64,000 nucleotides of DNA from Candidatus Hydrogenedens sp. (GCA_049968235.1 JBMFRC010000001.1:30243-94242), one strand, 5' to 3'; shown: positions 19,447 through 30,799, counted from the stretch's first letter. The notes: generated by a model not told the origin, from the letters alone. Numbers and translations: made by a program.

Positions 19447-19827
19447 TTATTTTTCGGGGAAAGAGGAGGGGTGGGAACCGATGGCGATAATACTGCAAGC
19501 GTAGATGGGATTTAAGTTGAGTTGGATTGCCTTTTGCATAAGTTCTTCGTCTTCCGCACCGGGGTTGATGTAAAGTTCCTCATGCTTCTTTTTAGCGATT
19601 GAGGGTAAAAGTGTTTTGCCGATTTGGGGAGGGACATAGACACTGATACGGTCGATAGGCTCGGGGACCTCCTCAATAGATTTATAGCAGGGAATTCCTT
19701 CAATTTCTGTAAGGTTTGGATTGACGGGATAAACTGTCCATCCTCTGGCAATATATGCACGAATAGCTTTGTTGCTATATTTGTTTTTGTCTGCAGATGC
19801 ACCGATGATTGCAACCGTTTTAGACAT
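19447..19827 (-). CDS. CoA-binding domain protein (YccU/YneT-like)
   Basis: MSKTVAIIGASADKNKYSNKAIRAY...VYPVNP is the typical CoA-binding Rossmann start. The track ORF extends upstream across clpP in another frame, so the internal Met is preferred. Confidence 0.65.
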   Translation of the reverse strand: MSKTVAIIGASADKNKYSNKAIRAYIARGWTVYPVNPNLTEIEGIPCYKSIEEVPEPIDRISVYVPPQIGKTLLPSIAKKKHEELYINPGAEDEELMQKAIQLNLNPIYACSIIAIGSHPSSFPEK

Positions 19828-19831
19828 TGTA

Positions 19832-20494
19832 TTATTTCTCTTTTTTGGGTTTTGAGCGTTGGAGAACTTCGTCGATGAGTCCGTAATTTTTCGCTTCTTC
19901 TGCACTGAGGAATAGGTCGCGGTCGGTATCTTTACGGATAACTTCGATGGGTTGACCGGTATGTCTGGCGAGAATCTGGTCAATGGTTTCGCCGATACGA
20001 ACAATTTCCTGAGCTTGAATAGCAATATCTGTTGCCTGTCCACGGACACCTCCCATGAGTTGATGTAGTAAGAAGCGTGAATAAGGGAGGGCGTAACGTT
20101 TGCCTGGAGTTCCTGCGGACATAAGCACAGCAGCCATACTTGCTGCCTGTCCAAGACAGATAGTCGTAATTTCAGGGCGTATAAATTGCATCGTGTCGTA
20201 AATAGCAAGACCTGCCGTTACACTTCCTCCCGGACTATTGATGTAAAGGTTGATATCTTTATCCGGATCTTCTGCCTCTAAATATAATAGTTGAGCAATG
20301 ATATAGTTTGCGACATAATCGTCAATGGGCATACCCAGAAAGATAATTCGGTCCTCAAGCAGGCGTGAATAAATATCGTAAGCCCTCTCACCCCGACTCG
20401 TTTGCTGGTATATTGTTACCGCCTGTGGATTAATGGGGCTTTCGGAATAAGGATGAATTCCGTGTTTAAGTAATTTTTCTATTGCTTCATGCAT
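19832..20494 (-). CDS. clpP: ATP-dependent Clp protease proteolytic subunit ClpP
   Basis: Catalytic Ser (GQAASMAA), His (LHQLMGG) and Asp ([20 protein letters not shown]) in canonical contexts. Confidence 0.9.
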   Translation of the reverse strand: MHEAIEKLLKHGIHPYSESPINPQAVTIYQQTSRGERAYDIYSRLLEDRIIFLGMPIDDYVANYIIAQLLYLEAEDPDKDINLYINSPGGSVTAGLAIYDTMQFIRPEITTICLGQAASMAAVLMSAGTPGKRYALPYSRFLLHQLMGGVRGQATDIAIQAQEIVRIGETIDQILARHTGQPIEVIRKDTDRDLFLSAEEAKNYGLIDEVLQRSKPKKEK

Positions 20495-20508
20495 GGTTTT
20501 AAGTTCTC

Positions 20509-22014
20509 TTAATTAGATTCTTTTTCCCATTCTTCGCGGGAAACAGTTTTTGTTTCAATTTTTGCATTATCCAGAATAAGTTTCACTACTTTCTTCCGAA
20601 GGATAGTATCGGTTACATCATCTCTTCCCTGTTCTTGGATATAATTTCGAATGGTTTCTATATCAATACCTGTTCTTCCCTGTATGCTTTGTGCTTCATT
20701 TTCATAGTCACTATCCGTAATTTTTATTCCTTCTGCTTCGGCTATTTCACTTGCCACAGTATACCATTTAATTGTTTTCTCTGCTTTTTCTTTTGCATCT
20801 TTTTCCAGTTCTTCTCGCTGTTTTTCAATTTCTGACATAGGCATTCGCATCTGTATCATTCGCTGGATTTGTTCCTCTACCTGATTTCTCGCTACTTCTT
20901 CAATGAGAGATTTGGGAATTTCAAAAGTACTACTTGCAATAACCTGTTCAATAGCGGATGTTTCTAATTGATAATCCGTTTCCTCTGATATAGCATTTTC
21001 TATTTCTTTCTTGATTTGTTGTTTTAAGTCTTCAAGATTTTCGGCTCCTGCTTGTTTTGCAAACTCGTCATTTAATTCCGGCAATTCTTTCCTTTTAATG
21101 TCTTTTACTTTAATTTCAAAAGTAGCCTTTTTTCCTGCCAGACTTTTATTTGTATAGTCTTCTGGAAATTCTACCTCACAAGTTTTTGTATCACCGACTT
21201 TGGCACCGATAAGAGCCTCTTCAAATTTACCGAAAAATCTCTTTGAGCCAATAATATAAGGGTAATTGTTAGCACTTCCACCTGGGAAACTTTCCCCATC
21301 TATAGTTCCATTAAAATCAATAATCGCCTGGTCACCATTAGATATTTCTGCATCAGGAACGGACTGGTAAATTGAGAAACGGTTTCTCAAAAGTTCCAGT
21401 CGTTCTTTAATCATACTTTCATCTGGTTCTAGAACTTTGCGTTCTAATTCAAGTCCACGATATTTACCCAGTTCACATCTTGGTGCCACTTCAAAAGTAA
21501 CCTGAAAAGATATATCACTATCTTCCGGTAATTTGTCAAGTTGTTCTAATCCTTCAAATTGTGGTGTCGAAAAAGCCCTTAATTTATTGTCTTCCATTAA
21601 TTTTTTTACAGATTCGGTTATAACCTTATCAAAGGCTTCTTTTCGTGCTATTTTTCCGAACTTATTTTCGACCAGCCACATGGGGGCTTTCCCTTTACGG
21701 AAACCGGGCAATTCTGCATGTTCCTTTACTTCTTCCAGATTTTTATTTATCTGTGATTTAGTATTTACTGCAGGAATAGTAATTTTTACGGAATATAAAC
21801 AGTCCCCTTTGTAATCAATTTCATATTCGGGGTCTTTTTCAAATTTAAATTCTTCCTCCTCTGTATCATGGGCATGGTGATGGTGTTTATGCTCATGTGT
21901 TTTCTCTGTTGGAGATTGTTCCGAAGAATTTTCTGTTACGATTTGAGATTCTTCTGTCGGTTCCAATTCAGAGGTTTTTGTGTTTTCTTCGTTGTTGTTT
22001 TTTTGTTCTGTCAT
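20509..22014 (-). CDS. tig: Trigger factor with ~80-aa acidic, His-rich N-terminal extension
   Basis: GFRKGKAP signature and the PPIase/C-terminal architecture. Lies upstream of clpP as in many bacteria. Confidence 0.85.
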   Translation of the reverse strand: MTEQKNNNEENTKTSELEPTEESQIVTENSSEQSPTEKTHEHKHHHHAHDTEEEEFKFEKDPEYEIDYKGDCLYSVKITIPAVNTKSQINKNLEEVKEHAELPGFRKGKAPMWLVENKFGKIARKEAFDKVITESVKKLMEDNKLRAFSTPQFEGLEQLDKLPEDSDISFQVTFEVAPRCELGKYRGLELERKVLEPDESMIKERLELLRNRFSIYQSVPDAEISNGDQAIIDFNGTIDGESFPGGSANNYPYIIGSKRFFGKFEEALIGAKVGDTKTCEVEFPEDYTNKSLAGKKATFEIKVKDIKRKELPELNDEFAKQAGAENLEDLKQQIKKEIENAISEETDYQLETSAIEQVIASSTFEIPKSLIEEVARNQVEEQIQRMIQMRMPMSEIEKQREELEKDAKEKAEKTIKWYTVASEIAEAEGIKITDSDYENEAQSIQGRTGIDIETIRNYIQEQGRDDVTDTILRKKVVKLILDNAKIETKTVSREEWEKESN

Positions 22015-22078
22015 AACTATTAACCTATATTTAAGTTGTTTTATTGTTCATTAAGTATCTATTTAAAATCTTACAATG

Positions 22079-22160
22079 TGGGCGAGGCGGGAGTTGAACC
22101 CGCACACCTTGCGGTACTGGATCCTAAGTCCAGCGCGTCTGCCAATTCCGCCACTCGCCC
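22079..22160 (-). tRNA. tRNA-Leu (anticodon UAG), class II with long variable arm
   Basis: Reverse complement GGGCGAGTGGCGGAATTGGCAGACGCGCTGGACTTAGGATCCAG...GCGGGTTCAACTCCCGCCTCGCCCA. 7-bp acceptor stem, D-arm identical in pattern to E. coli tRNA-Leu, anticodon loop CTTAGGA, GTTCAAC T-loop, discriminator A. Confidence 0.85.
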
Positions 22161-22240
22161 CTCATGCTAATAAACATTGGGGTTTAAAAGATTACCATAA
22201 ATCCATATTTTTTTACAACTTTTGAAATAAATAGGAATTT

Positions 22241-24169
22241 TCAGGAAATGTTATATGTCCGGGGTAGATTTGGCACAGGGATATGTTGATTTTGTTCAAA
22301 AATTTCTAGGATTTTGTTAGATAATTCGTCAATAGTTAATCCGAACATTTTTAATTGTTCTTCGCGGGAAGCATGTTCACAAAATAAATCCGGTATGCCA
22401 AACCGATATATTTTTTTGTCTTCTATTAACGAATTGTCATTGAAAAATTCAAGGATAGCACTTCCGAATCCCCCTACCAGTGTGTTTTCCTCAACGGTAA
22501 AAATAAGCGGTGTAGAGATGTTCTTTAATATTTGTGTATCAAGGGGTTTAATCCATCGCATATCAATAACACCGATTGATAAACCTATCTTTTGCAATCT
22601 TTCTGATACCTTCAGACAGGTATGGGCTTTGGTTCCGATTGTAACAAAATAGCCATCGTTTCCGGTTAAAAGGACATCTGCCCCCATGTAATTTCGTTGA
22701 GAGGCTGAATGGGTAAGGATGGATTGTGCTTTGGGGTAGCGAATTGCAACAGGTCCTTCTTGAAGGACCGCTATTTCTAAAAGTTTTTCCAAATCAAAGC
22801 CATCGCGAGGTGCACAAATCTTTAATTGTGGTATAAGTCGTAAAAAGGAAAGGTCAAAAGTCCCCATGTGAGTAGGACCATCTTCACCGACAAGTCCCGC
22901 CCGGTCTATCGCGAAAATAACGGGTAGGTTTTGCAGACAAATATCATGAATAATCTGGTCATAAGCCCGTTGTAAGAAAGTTGAATAGATAGCGACAATA
23001 GGGCGAAATCCTTCACAGGCAAGTCCACCTGCAAGAGTTACTGCATGCTGTTCACAAATTCCCACATCAAAAAATCGATGAGGAAATCTGTCTGCAAAAG
23101 TGGTCAAACCGGTACCTTCGGGCATTGCAGCTGTTATGGCAACAATTCGATTATCTTTTTCTGCCAGTTTACATATAGCGTCGCTAAAATGTTCGGTAAA
23201 ACTTTTTCCTATTTCTTCGACAGATTGAGTTACCAGGATTCCATCGCCTTCTTCATCGGATTTTTGGATTTTCTTAGGTTTAATTCCATGATACTTTTGA
23301 GGGTCTTCTTCTGCTTCTTTGAATCCTTTCCCTTTTTCAGTTCGGCAGTGGAATAAAACAGGACCTGTGAAGTGCTTTAAATTCTGGAAACATTCAATTA
23401 ATAGAGGCAAATCATGCCCATCAGCAGGACCTATATAATTAAATCCCAATTCTTGAAAAAGAGAACCCTTTGTGATAAAACCTTTTACTGATTTTTCCAA
23501 ATCCTGAATGGTTCGCGTCACACGTTCCCCTACAATTCGTTTCACAAAACTTCCAACATCTTCTTTTGCCCTTTTATAAGGGTAAGCCATAATGAGTCGG
23601 TTAAAATATCGTGCTAAAGCCCCTGTATTGGGGGCAATAGACATTTCATTATCATTTAATATTACAAGCAAATTTGTTCCGAGATGACCCGCATGACTTA
23701 ATGCTTCTATTGCCATACCCCCTGTCATGGCACCATCTCCTATAACAGCAATAACATGCTTATCTCCCTTTTCTATATCGCGGGCAATAGCCATCCCTAA
23801 GGCGGAAGAAATAGATGTTGAACTATGCCCCGTACCAAAAAAATCGAACGGACTTTCCTCACGACGAGGATAGCCACTTATTCCACCTTTTCTTCGTAGC
23901 GTATAAAAATTATGATTCCTTCCTGTAAGTATCTTATGTGCATAAGACTGATGCCCCACATCCCAGATAAGGATATCCTTGCCAATATCAAAAACATAAT
24001 GCAAAGCAATGGTCAGTTCTACTACTCCAAGTGGAGATGCCAGATGTCCTCCATTAATCAAGACTGTAGAAACAATCTTTTCGCGAATTTCTCTCGCTAA
24101 TTGTTCTAACCGGTCTATAGATAGGTTTTTAATATCCTTAGATGAATTTATATTTTCAAGAATAGCCAT
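22241..24169 (-). CDS. dxs: 1-deoxy-D-xylulose-5-phosphate synthase
   Basis: N-terminal MAILENINSSKDIKNLSIDRLEQLAREIR..., a GHxxSxxG thiamine-diphosphate motif and transketolase-like domains. Confidence 0.9.
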   Translation of the reverse strand: MAILENINSSKDIKNLSIDRLEQLAREIREKIVSTVLINGGHLASPLGVVELTIALHYVFDIGKDILIWDVGHQSYAHKILTGRNHNFYTLRRKGGISGYPRREESPFDFFGTGHSSTSISSALGMAIARDIEKGDKHVIAVIGDGAMTGGMAIEALSHAGHLGTNLLVILNDNEMSIAPNTGALARYFNRLIMAYPYKRAKEDVGSFVKRIVGERVTRTIQDLEKSVKGFITKGSLFQELGFNYIGPADGHDLPLLIECFQNLKHFTGPVLFHCRTEKGKGFKEAEEDPQKYHGIKPKKIQKSDEEGDGILVTQSVEEIGKSFTEHFSDAICKLAEKDNRIVAITAAMPEGTGLTTFADRFPHRFFDVGICEQHAVTLAGGLACEGFRPIVAIYSTFLQRAYDQIIHDICLQNLPVIFAIDRAGLVGEDGPTHMGTFDLSFLRLIPQLKICAPRDGFDLEKLLEIAVLQEGPVAIRYPKAQSILTHSASQRNYMGADVLLTGNDGYFVTIGTKAHTCLKVSERLQKIGLSIGVIDMRWIKPLDTQILKNISTPLIFTVEENTLVGGFGSAILEFFNDNSLIEDKKIYRFGIPDLFCEHASREEQLKMFGLTIDELSNKILEIFEQNQHIPVPNLPRTYNIS

Positions 24170-24312
24170 ATTGTAAATTTCCAGTAAAAAACTGCTTCAT
24201 TTCTGGTAATATAATAACACATATATCTCTTAAATGTCCTGCTATAAGAAATTTATAAGGTTGTGTTATAATAAAACACTGTTTACATCCATTTTAATTC
24301 ATTATTTAACCG

Positions 24313-25146
24313 ATGAGAAAAAGTAGTATGAAGTCTATAAAATATTGCCCCATTTTTATTTTGTTGTTTAGTTTAATATCGATTTCTGTATTCAATATTT
24401 TTGCTGATGAGATAGCGGAATTCGGGAGGAAAATTTTCCAACAATATTCCTCTTCGGTTATTACGGTAAGAGCGAATTTATTAATAACTACATCGGATGG
24501 AGAAGAGGAATCAGTTGGTCAATGCACAGCGGTTTTAGTAAAGCCTTCTGGTATGGCAATCCTGGCTCTTTCTGCACTTGACCCTTCGATATTAATAGAC
24601 CAGGAATTACGAAACACAATTAATATTCGTATCGCTTCAATAAAGATGATACTGAAAGATGAAAAAGAGATTCCTGCTGAAGTGTTATTACAGGATAAAG
24701 AACGCGATGTTATGGTTATTCAAGCAAAAGAGTCTATTCCGGAGGATTTAGTAAAGATATCCTTAGAAAAAGAGGACATTGCAGTTCCACAATTATTAGA
24801 TCCCTTGTTATTAATTATGCAACATGGGAAAGTGGCTCGTCGCTCTCATAGTGCAACTCTATTGAGAGTAGAGAGTATTATCGATAAACCTTTTCTTTTT
24901 TATACATTGAGCCAGAGCCGTTCTTTTGATATTTTGAGTTCTCCTTTGTTTTCAATGGATGGGAAATTTGTAGGTATGGGCACTTTACGTGTAGTGCAGG
25001 AATGGAAAGATGAAGTTGAAAATAATTCATTGATTATCATTTTGCCTGCGGGACAAATTGCCCCGCTTGTAAAAGAAGCGATAGATTTAAAACAGGGAAA
25101 TGCAATTAATAAACCTGAACCTGCCGAAACAAAACTCTCTAATTAA
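24313..25146 (+). CDS. Secreted hypothetical protein
   Basis: N-terminal signal peptide. No family recognised. Confidence 0.5.
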   Translation: MRKSSMKSIKYCPIFILLFSLISISVFNIFADEIAEFGRKIFQQYSSSVITVRANLLITTSDGEEESVGQCTAVLVKPSGMAILALSALDPSILIDQELRNTINIRIASIKMILKDEKEIPAEVLLQDKERDVMVIQAKESIPEDLVKISLEKEDIAVPQLLDPLLLIMQHGKVARRSHSATLLRVESIIDKPFLFYTLSQSRSFDILSSPLFSMDGKFVGMGTLRVVQEWKDEVENNSLIIILPAGQIAPLVKEAIDLKQGNAINKPEPAETKLSN

Positions 25147-25147
25147 C

Positions 25148-25492
25148 TTATTCTTTTGTCGAAATATTTTTATTCTGTTCAAATTCATTAATAACACTAT
25201 TCTTTGATAATGCTACTCCACTTTTGAATGCAGAACGGCTAATACAATGTGCAGCGACAGGTGCTGTAATAAGTGTGAATATAATGGGCAACATGGCACG
25301 CACTGTAACTTCTGTGTTCCAGAAATAGAGTGATAATGCAATTAGTGCCCCGGAAACACCTAAAGTCCCACTTTTTGTCCCTGCATGCATCCGGGTATAT
25401 ACATCCGGAAAACGCAGTATTCCAAAACCTGCCAATAACATAAAAAATCCGCCTATGAATAAAAATAGAGAGACCAATATTTCTTTTATCAT
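25148..25492 (-). CDS. mrpG: Na+/H+ antiporter subunit G (MnhG/MrpG)
   Basis: Small three-TM protein at the end of the mrp operon. Confidence 0.75.
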   Translation of the reverse strand: MIKEILVSLFLFIGGFFMLLAGFGILRFPDVYTRMHAGTKSGTLGVSGALIALSLYFWNTEVTVRAMLPIIFTLITAPVAAHCISRSAFKSGVALSKNSVINEFEQNKNISTKE

Positions 25493-25755
25493 GGTTTCCC
25501 TCCAAGTCCTAAATAATATGCAAAGGTAACTGTACCTAAAAAGGAAAGAATAGTAATTGTGATTGCGTCAATTAAGTATGTGGGGGTTGATATAGCAATA
25601 GAATAAACAGCGATTATTCCGACAATTTGCGTTGTTATTAAGTCCAGCGCTACTACACGGTCTGCCAGAGTAGGACCGATAGCAAGTCGTATCAAGGCAA
25701 ATATTATACCTAAAACAACCATTATTGTAAATATAACTATACTCGAAAAAATCAT
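25489..25755 (-). CDS. mrpF: Na+/H+ antiporter subunit F (MnhF/MrpF)
   Basis: 88-aa hydrophobic protein in operon position F. Confidence 0.7.
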   Translation of the reverse strand: MIFSSIVIFTIMVVLGIIFALIRLAIGPTLADRVVALDLITTQIVGIIAVYSIAISTPTYLIDAITITILSFLGTVTFAYYLGLGGKP

Positions 25756-25758
25756 GTC

Positions 25759-26232
25759 TTAATTAAAAATCGTGTTTAATGGTTTTTCTATCTGCTTTTC
25801 TATATCCTTTTTCAATTTTTCAGGATTGTTGGCAAATAAAGCATGAATATACAGTATCTTATTGTCCTCGGAAATATCCACGCTAAGTGTTCCAGGTGTT
25901 AATGATATAAAATTTGCAAATAAAGTTATTTCTAATGGATTGATAGAATGAAGTGGATAAGCAATAATTCCGGGTGCAGATTTTGGATGTATACGAAGTA
26001 CTTCAATGGCTACTTCAATATTTGATAAAAATAATAATCCGATAAAACGGAATGTGAACAAAAAAATACGAATTACTTTTAGAAAATAACCCGTTTCTTT
26101 ACCATATATGATAAATAAAATAAAATAGCCAATAACAAAACCCAATAATATACTTGAAAAAGAAAGAGTTCCTGAAATAAAAGCCCAGATTAAACTTAAA
26201 AGAATATTTGCTAAAAACAAATTTGCATTCAT
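25759..26232 (-). CDS. mrpE: Na+/H+ antiporter subunit E (MnhE/MrpE)
   Basis: 157-aa membrane protein in operon position E. Confidence 0.7.
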   Translation of the reverse strand: MNANLFLANILLSLIWAFISGTLSFSSILLGFVIGYFILFIIYGKETGYFLKVIRIFLFTFRFIGLLFLSNIEVAIEVLRIHPKSAPGIIAYPLHSINPLEITLFANFISLTPGTLSVDISEDNKILYIHALFANNPEKLKKDIEKQIEKPLNTIFN

Positions 26233-26233
26233 T

Positions 26234-27724
26234 CTAATACTCCATAACTTTTTCTATATAAGTCAACGGTTGAAGTAAACTCTGAGCGGATTTTTCAGAT
26301 ATAACAATAAAAGTTTCTCCGAATACTCCTAAAAAAACTGTCAGCAAAGCAAGTATTATTACAGCACTGTAAGCAAAAAATAAATTTTTATCTGTTACGA
26401 TGGATACTTCTTTTTGGTGATTGGGTAGTCCCCAGAAAGTATATATCCATATTTTTGTCATTGAGAATAATGTAAGGAAACTCACCACTATAGATATGAA
26501 AACAGTAATATAAGTCCGTGCGTTAATTCCCGCTATTACTAAAGCCAATTTGCCAACAAATCCTGACAGAGGAGGCAAACCTGCCAGAGATAATGCAGAA
26601 CAGAGAAAACAGGCGGAGAGTATGGGTAGTTCCTTATACAAATTTCCCTGTGATTTAAGATAATAACTACCCGTTTTTTCGTTAATAATACCACTTATAA
26701 AAAATAAATTCGATTTGGCAATAATATTGTGGACAATAAAGTAGATGGCACCGGCGATTCCCGCAGTAGTCCATAAAGCAAGCCCCATTAGCATATAGCC
26801 AATTTGGGATATGATATGAAAGGAAAGAATACGTCGAATCTCATTCTGAGATACGGCTCCAAGAACTCCTATTAACATAGTAAGACTGGCAATTATTAAA
26901 AGGGTGTTCTGCATATCTGTATCTATTTCTCGATAAAACAAAGTAAAAGTGCGAATAATGGAATACATACCTACTTTTGTGAGTAGACCTGAAAACAATG
27001 CAGAAATCCCTGGCGGGGGTGTATGATAAGATGCAGGAAGCCAGAAATATAAAGGAAATAAACCGGCTTTTATTCCGAAAGCAACAAGTAATAACGAACT
27101 AACTATAAGTTTTGGATATTGTTGTTCCATCATGGAAAGTTTTATCGAAAGGTCTGCTAGGTTCATGGTTCCTACCATACCATATAAAATTCCGGTAGAG
27201 GCAAGAAATACCGCCGACGACATAAGATTGAGGATGACATATTTTATGGAACCTTCTAATTGCCTTTGTTCTCCTCCAAATGCCATTAACACAAAGGAGG
27301 ACATAAGCATAACTTCAAACCAGACATATAAATTAAATAAATCGCCAGTAGTAAAGGCACCGGATACTCCCATCATAAGGAAAAAGATTAAGGAAAGATA
27401 GCCTAATCGGAATTGCTCTCGGGGTATCATTGACAGGGTATATAAGAGGGAACAAAATACAAGTAAGGATGTAATTACAAGCATGATGGAACTGAAAAGG
27501 TCGATAACAATCGTTATTCCAAAGGGAGCCTGCCAGTTTCCGACTTGCAAAGAATAATAATTTCCATGATAAGTAGTCCAGAGAAATATCAAGGCGATGA
27601 GGAAATAAGCCGTGTTCCCAAACCATACAAAAAACCACTGCAAACGGGGCATTTTGTTACTAACAAGGCAAATACTTGCAGTAAGTAATGGTATAATTAT
27701 GGGGAAAATAACCAGTGTTTTCAT
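26234..27724 (-). CDS. mrpD: Na+/H+ antiporter subunit D (MnhD/MrpD, NuoM/ND4-like)
   Basis: 496-aa polytopic protein with the complex-I antiporter-like fold pattern. Confidence 0.8.
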   Translation of the reverse strand: MKTLVIFPIIIPLLTASICLVSNKMPRLQWFFVWFGNTAYFLIALIFLWTTYHGNYYSLQVGNWQAPFGITIVIDLFSSIMLVITSLLVFCSLLYTLSMIPREQFRLGYLSLIFFLMMGVSGAFTTGDLFNLYVWFEVMLMSSFVLMAFGGEQRQLEGSIKYVILNLMSSAVFLASTGILYGMVGTMNLADLSIKLSMMEQQYPKLIVSSLLLVAFGIKAGLFPLYFWLPASYHTPPPGISALFSGLLTKVGMYSIIRTFTLFYREIDTDMQNTLLIIASLTMLIGVLGAVSQNEIRRILSFHIISQIGYMLMGLALWTTAGIAGAIYFIVHNIIAKSNLFFISGIINEKTGSYYLKSQGNLYKELPILSACFLCSALSLAGLPPLSGFVGKLALVIAGINARTYITVFISIVVSFLTLFSMTKIWIYTFWGLPNHQKEVSIVTDKNLFFAYSAVIILALLTVFLGVFGETFIVISEKSAQSLLQPLTYIEKVMEY

Positions 27725-28068
27725 TGTAAATCAGTCTTTATTAAATCATCCGTATCATCTGTGTTTAATGTTTTATGTGTTCGGTGAATTAGGACTAATA
27801 GAAAGGCTGTAACACCGAAACTAATTACAATTGCAGTTAATACAAATGCCTGGGGAAGAGGGTCGGTCATCTGTGATGGAATAGAGGTTGTTCCACTAAA
27901 TATAGGTGGGATATTTCTTGTAAGGCCACCTGCAGTAAATATTAATAAATTAGCACCATGACTAATTAGACACATACCTAATACTAATTTGAACATATTT
28001 CTTTGTAACATGAGATACAATCCCGCGGAGTATAAACTACCAACCAAAATAGCAAATAGCCATTCCAT
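27721..28068 (-). CDS. mrpC: Na+/H+ antiporter subunit C (MnhC/MrpC, NuoK-like)
   Basis: 115-aa three-TM protein. Confidence 0.75.
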   Translation of the reverse strand: MEWLFAILVGSLYSAGLYLMLQRNMFKLVLGMCLISHGANLLIFTAGGLTRNIPPIFSGTTSIPSQMTDPLPQAFVLTAIVISFGVTAFLLVLIHRTHKTLNTDDTDDLIKTDLQ

Positions 28069-28077
28069 AATATAACC

Positions 28078-28479
28078 TTAAACCTCTTTGATAAGTTCTA
28101 AAATAATTAATAAAGTAGTACCTAAAACTACGCAAAATACACCTGTATCAAACAACATGGGTGTTCCTAAGGATAAAGATTTGAAAGATATCCATACCCC
28201 CGTCATAAAAGGTTGTCCAAATAATATAGAGATAAACCCACTTCCACATGCTAACAACAAACCTACTGCTATGATATATACAGGGGATATTCTTATCCAG
28301 TTCTGTGCTCTTTCTACACCGTATGCAAAGGCAAGTAATATAAATGACGCAGAAGCCACTAATCCCCCTGAGAACCCCCCACCTGGCTGGTTATGACCTG
28401 TTAATAGTAGATAAATCGCAAATAGGAATAATAAGGGAGCAATATATTTGCTGGCGGTTTTTAATATTAAACTATCCAT
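28078..28479 (-). CDS. mrpB: Na+/H+ antiporter subunit B (MnhB/MrpB)
   Basis: 133-aa membrane protein in operon position B. Confidence 0.7.
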   Translation of the reverse strand: MDSLILKTASKYIAPLLFLFAIYLLLTGHNQPGGGFSGGLVASASFILLAFAYGVERAQNWIRISPVYIIAVGLLLACGSGFISILFGQPFMTGVWISFKSLSLGTPMLFDTGVFCVVLGTTLLIILELIKEV

Positions 28480-30799
28480 GTTTCCTTAACCTCTGATAAC
28501 GGAGTAATGCATAAGTGCCAATGCCTGCTATAGCCAGGACAGTTATCTCACCCAGGGTATCAAAACCCCGAAAATCCACAAGAATAACATTTACAATATT
28601 GCCTCCATGGGCTTCATGAAGGCTTTTTGCTGTAAAATATGATGAAATAGAAGGATGTGTTTGAATACTCGAAGCAGAAAGAGTTAGAAAACCCATAACG
28701 ATGCCAAAGAGTGTGCAGATAAAGCCATTTTGATATTTTGTAAGATTTCTACGGTGTAAGTGTTGTTCGGGCAAATGATAGAAAACAAAAACAAATAGAG
28801 ATACAGTAAGCGTTTCGATTATGAATTGGGTCATGGCTAAATCGGGGGCACTATAAATCAGGAATATAACCGCCATCCCATAGCCAATTATTCCGAGACA
28901 AATTACTGCCGTTAGTTTCTTTTGAGCAAAAATAACTCCAAAAATTCCTGCGATAATAATCAGTATTAAAACAAAATCGTATATCGTAGTTTTGTGTTCA
29001 GGATGAAAGATATGTTTTAAAATATTACTTTGAATGACATTCCATTCTGCAATCATGGCAACCAAAGAAGCAATAAGGACTGCAAATGCGAATGTCTGAA
29101 GGTAGGAACGGAGTTTACCATTTTGAAAGAACCGAGTAATGCGGTCTGATTGCAATAATAATTGATTAATTATTTGTTGGTATACTTTTGTAGCAAATGC
29201 AGTTATTCCATGTCCTCTTGTTTTATTTTTCTGCCACAATGTTATATCAAGTCCGAGGGCAATACCACCCAACCATGCCATAATACTGGGTAGAAGCATT
29301 AGATATGAATTATTTTTATTAACACTTTGAGAATGTGCATGTGTCGCTACATTTGATAGAAAATTTTCTGAGAGTTTGTGAAAAATATCCATTAAATATG
29401 GTGACAGAGGAATAGTTATACTGGCAATAGATAATAATAAAGGAATACTTGCAAGCAAATAGGATAAAGTTTTGGGATGGAATTCCTCTTCCCTTTCTTC
29501 TTCATCTTTTTTGAATAAGGGTATTAATAAGAATCGTATTGCAAAACCTGTTATTAGACTATTCCCAATAATTATCCATAATAAAACTATCGTTGAATAT
29601 AAGGTACGTAATTGGAAAATGGAATGGATAAGTATTTCCTTTGTATAAAAACTAAAGGTGTAAGGTAACCCTGCAAGCGAACATAGGAAAGGCAAAGCAA
29701 TAATCAAAAATAAAGGTTGGTTTCGCCATAGTCCTTTTATTTTTGAAAGGTATTTGTTATGAGTTGTAAATTCAATAGTCCCTGCAAACAAGAATAAACC
29801 TGCTTTGTATATAGCGTGAGCGAAAAGTATAAGCATGGCACTATAAATAGTTTCAGGGGTACCTATACCTATCAGACAGGTAAGTAATCCTAAAGTACTT
29901 ACGGTAGTATATGCTAATGCTTTTTTGATGGAGTCTTCCTTCAAACTACAGAATGCCCCCCAAAAAAATGTAAAACCTCCGGAAATAACTAATACAATAT
30001 TCCAGAGAGGGATATTGGAAAAGAGAGGAGATAATCGAAATGCTAAAAAAACACCTGCTTTGACCATAGTAGCTGAATGCAAATAAGCACTTGCAGGTGC
30101 TGGAGCAGTCATCGCGTCAGGTAACCAGAAATGAAATGGATACTGGGCAGATTTTGTCATTATCCCTAAAATTATTAAAAAAATAGATATATTTAAAAAG
30201 ATAGGGTTGGAAGAAAAATTCAATTTACCATGAAGTTCCGGAAGATTTGCTGTTCCTGAGATTATAAACAATATAATAAATCCAGCAAGCAGACAAAGTC
30301 CTCCCCCACCTGTAACAAGCAATGCTTCCCATGCACTTTTTCTTGCCTCTTCCTGTTCATGATAATGTCCTATCAGGAAGAAAGAAGCTAAACTGGTTAA
30401 CTCCCAGAAAAGGAAAAGGAGGAATAAATTTGCAGAAAAAACAATACCTAACATGGAACCCATAAAAACAAAGAACCAGAAAAACCAACTGTTCAATGAT
30501 GTGTCTTTATGTAAATAAATTACTGCAAAAAAATGGATTAATATACCTATGATTAAAATAAAAATTCCAAAAAGGAGTTGGAAATAAGAACTTTCCAGGA
30601 ATAATTGCACCCCTAACGAGGGTAACCAATCCAGTCGAAAGGATAAAACTTCCTCTTTATTTAACCAGGTAATTGCAATATAAAGTGCTATTAAAGGTGG
30701 GATGATAAGGATTTTGTTCCATAAAGTTTTTTTAAATGGAAAAGGTAGAAAAAGAAGTAAGGTAGGACTGAAGGCTAATAAAATAATAGCAAGTATCAT
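28472..30799 (-). CDS. mrpA: Na+/H+ antiporter subunit A (MnhA/MrpA, NuoL-like with C-terminal MrpB-like extension)
   Basis: 775-aa polytopic protein at the head of a canonical A-B-C-D-E-F-G order. Confidence 0.8.
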   Translation of the reverse strand: MILAIILLAFSPTLLLFLPFPFKKTLWNKILIIPPLIALYIAITWLNKEEVLSFRLDWLPSLGVQLFLESSYFQLLFGIFILIIGILIHFFAVIYLHKDTSLNSWFFWFFVFMGSMLGIVFSANLFLLFLFWELTSLASFFLIGHYHEQEEARKSAWEALLVTGGGGLCLLAGFIILFIISGTANLPELHGKLNFSSNPIFLNISIFLIILGIMTKSAQYPFHFWLPDAMTAPAPASAYLHSATMVKAGVFLAFRLSPLFSNIPLWNIVLVISGGFTFFWGAFCSLKEDSIKKALAYTTVSTLGLLTCLIGIGTPETIYSAMLILFAHAIYKAGLFLFAGTIEFTTHNKYLSKIKGLWRNQPLFLIIALPFLCSLAGLPYTFSFYTKEILIHSIFQLRTLYSTIVLLWIIIGNSLITGFAIRFLLIPLFKKDEEEREEEFHPKTLSYLLASIPLLLSIASITIPLSPYLMDIFHKLSENFLSNVATHAHSQSVNKNNSYLMLLPSIMAWLGGIALGLDITLWQKNKTRGHGITAFATKVYQQIINQLLLQSDRITRFFQNGKLRSYLQTFAFAVLIASLVAMIAEWNVIQSNILKHIFHPEHKTTIYDFVLILIIIAGIFGVIFAQKKLTAVICLGIIGYGMAVIFLIYSAPDLAMTQFIIETLTVSLFVFVFYHLPEQHLHRRNLTKYQNGFICTLFGIVMGFLTLSASSIQTHPSISSYFTAKSLHEAHGGNIVNVILVDFRGFDTLGEITVLAIAGIGTYALLRYQRLRKHG

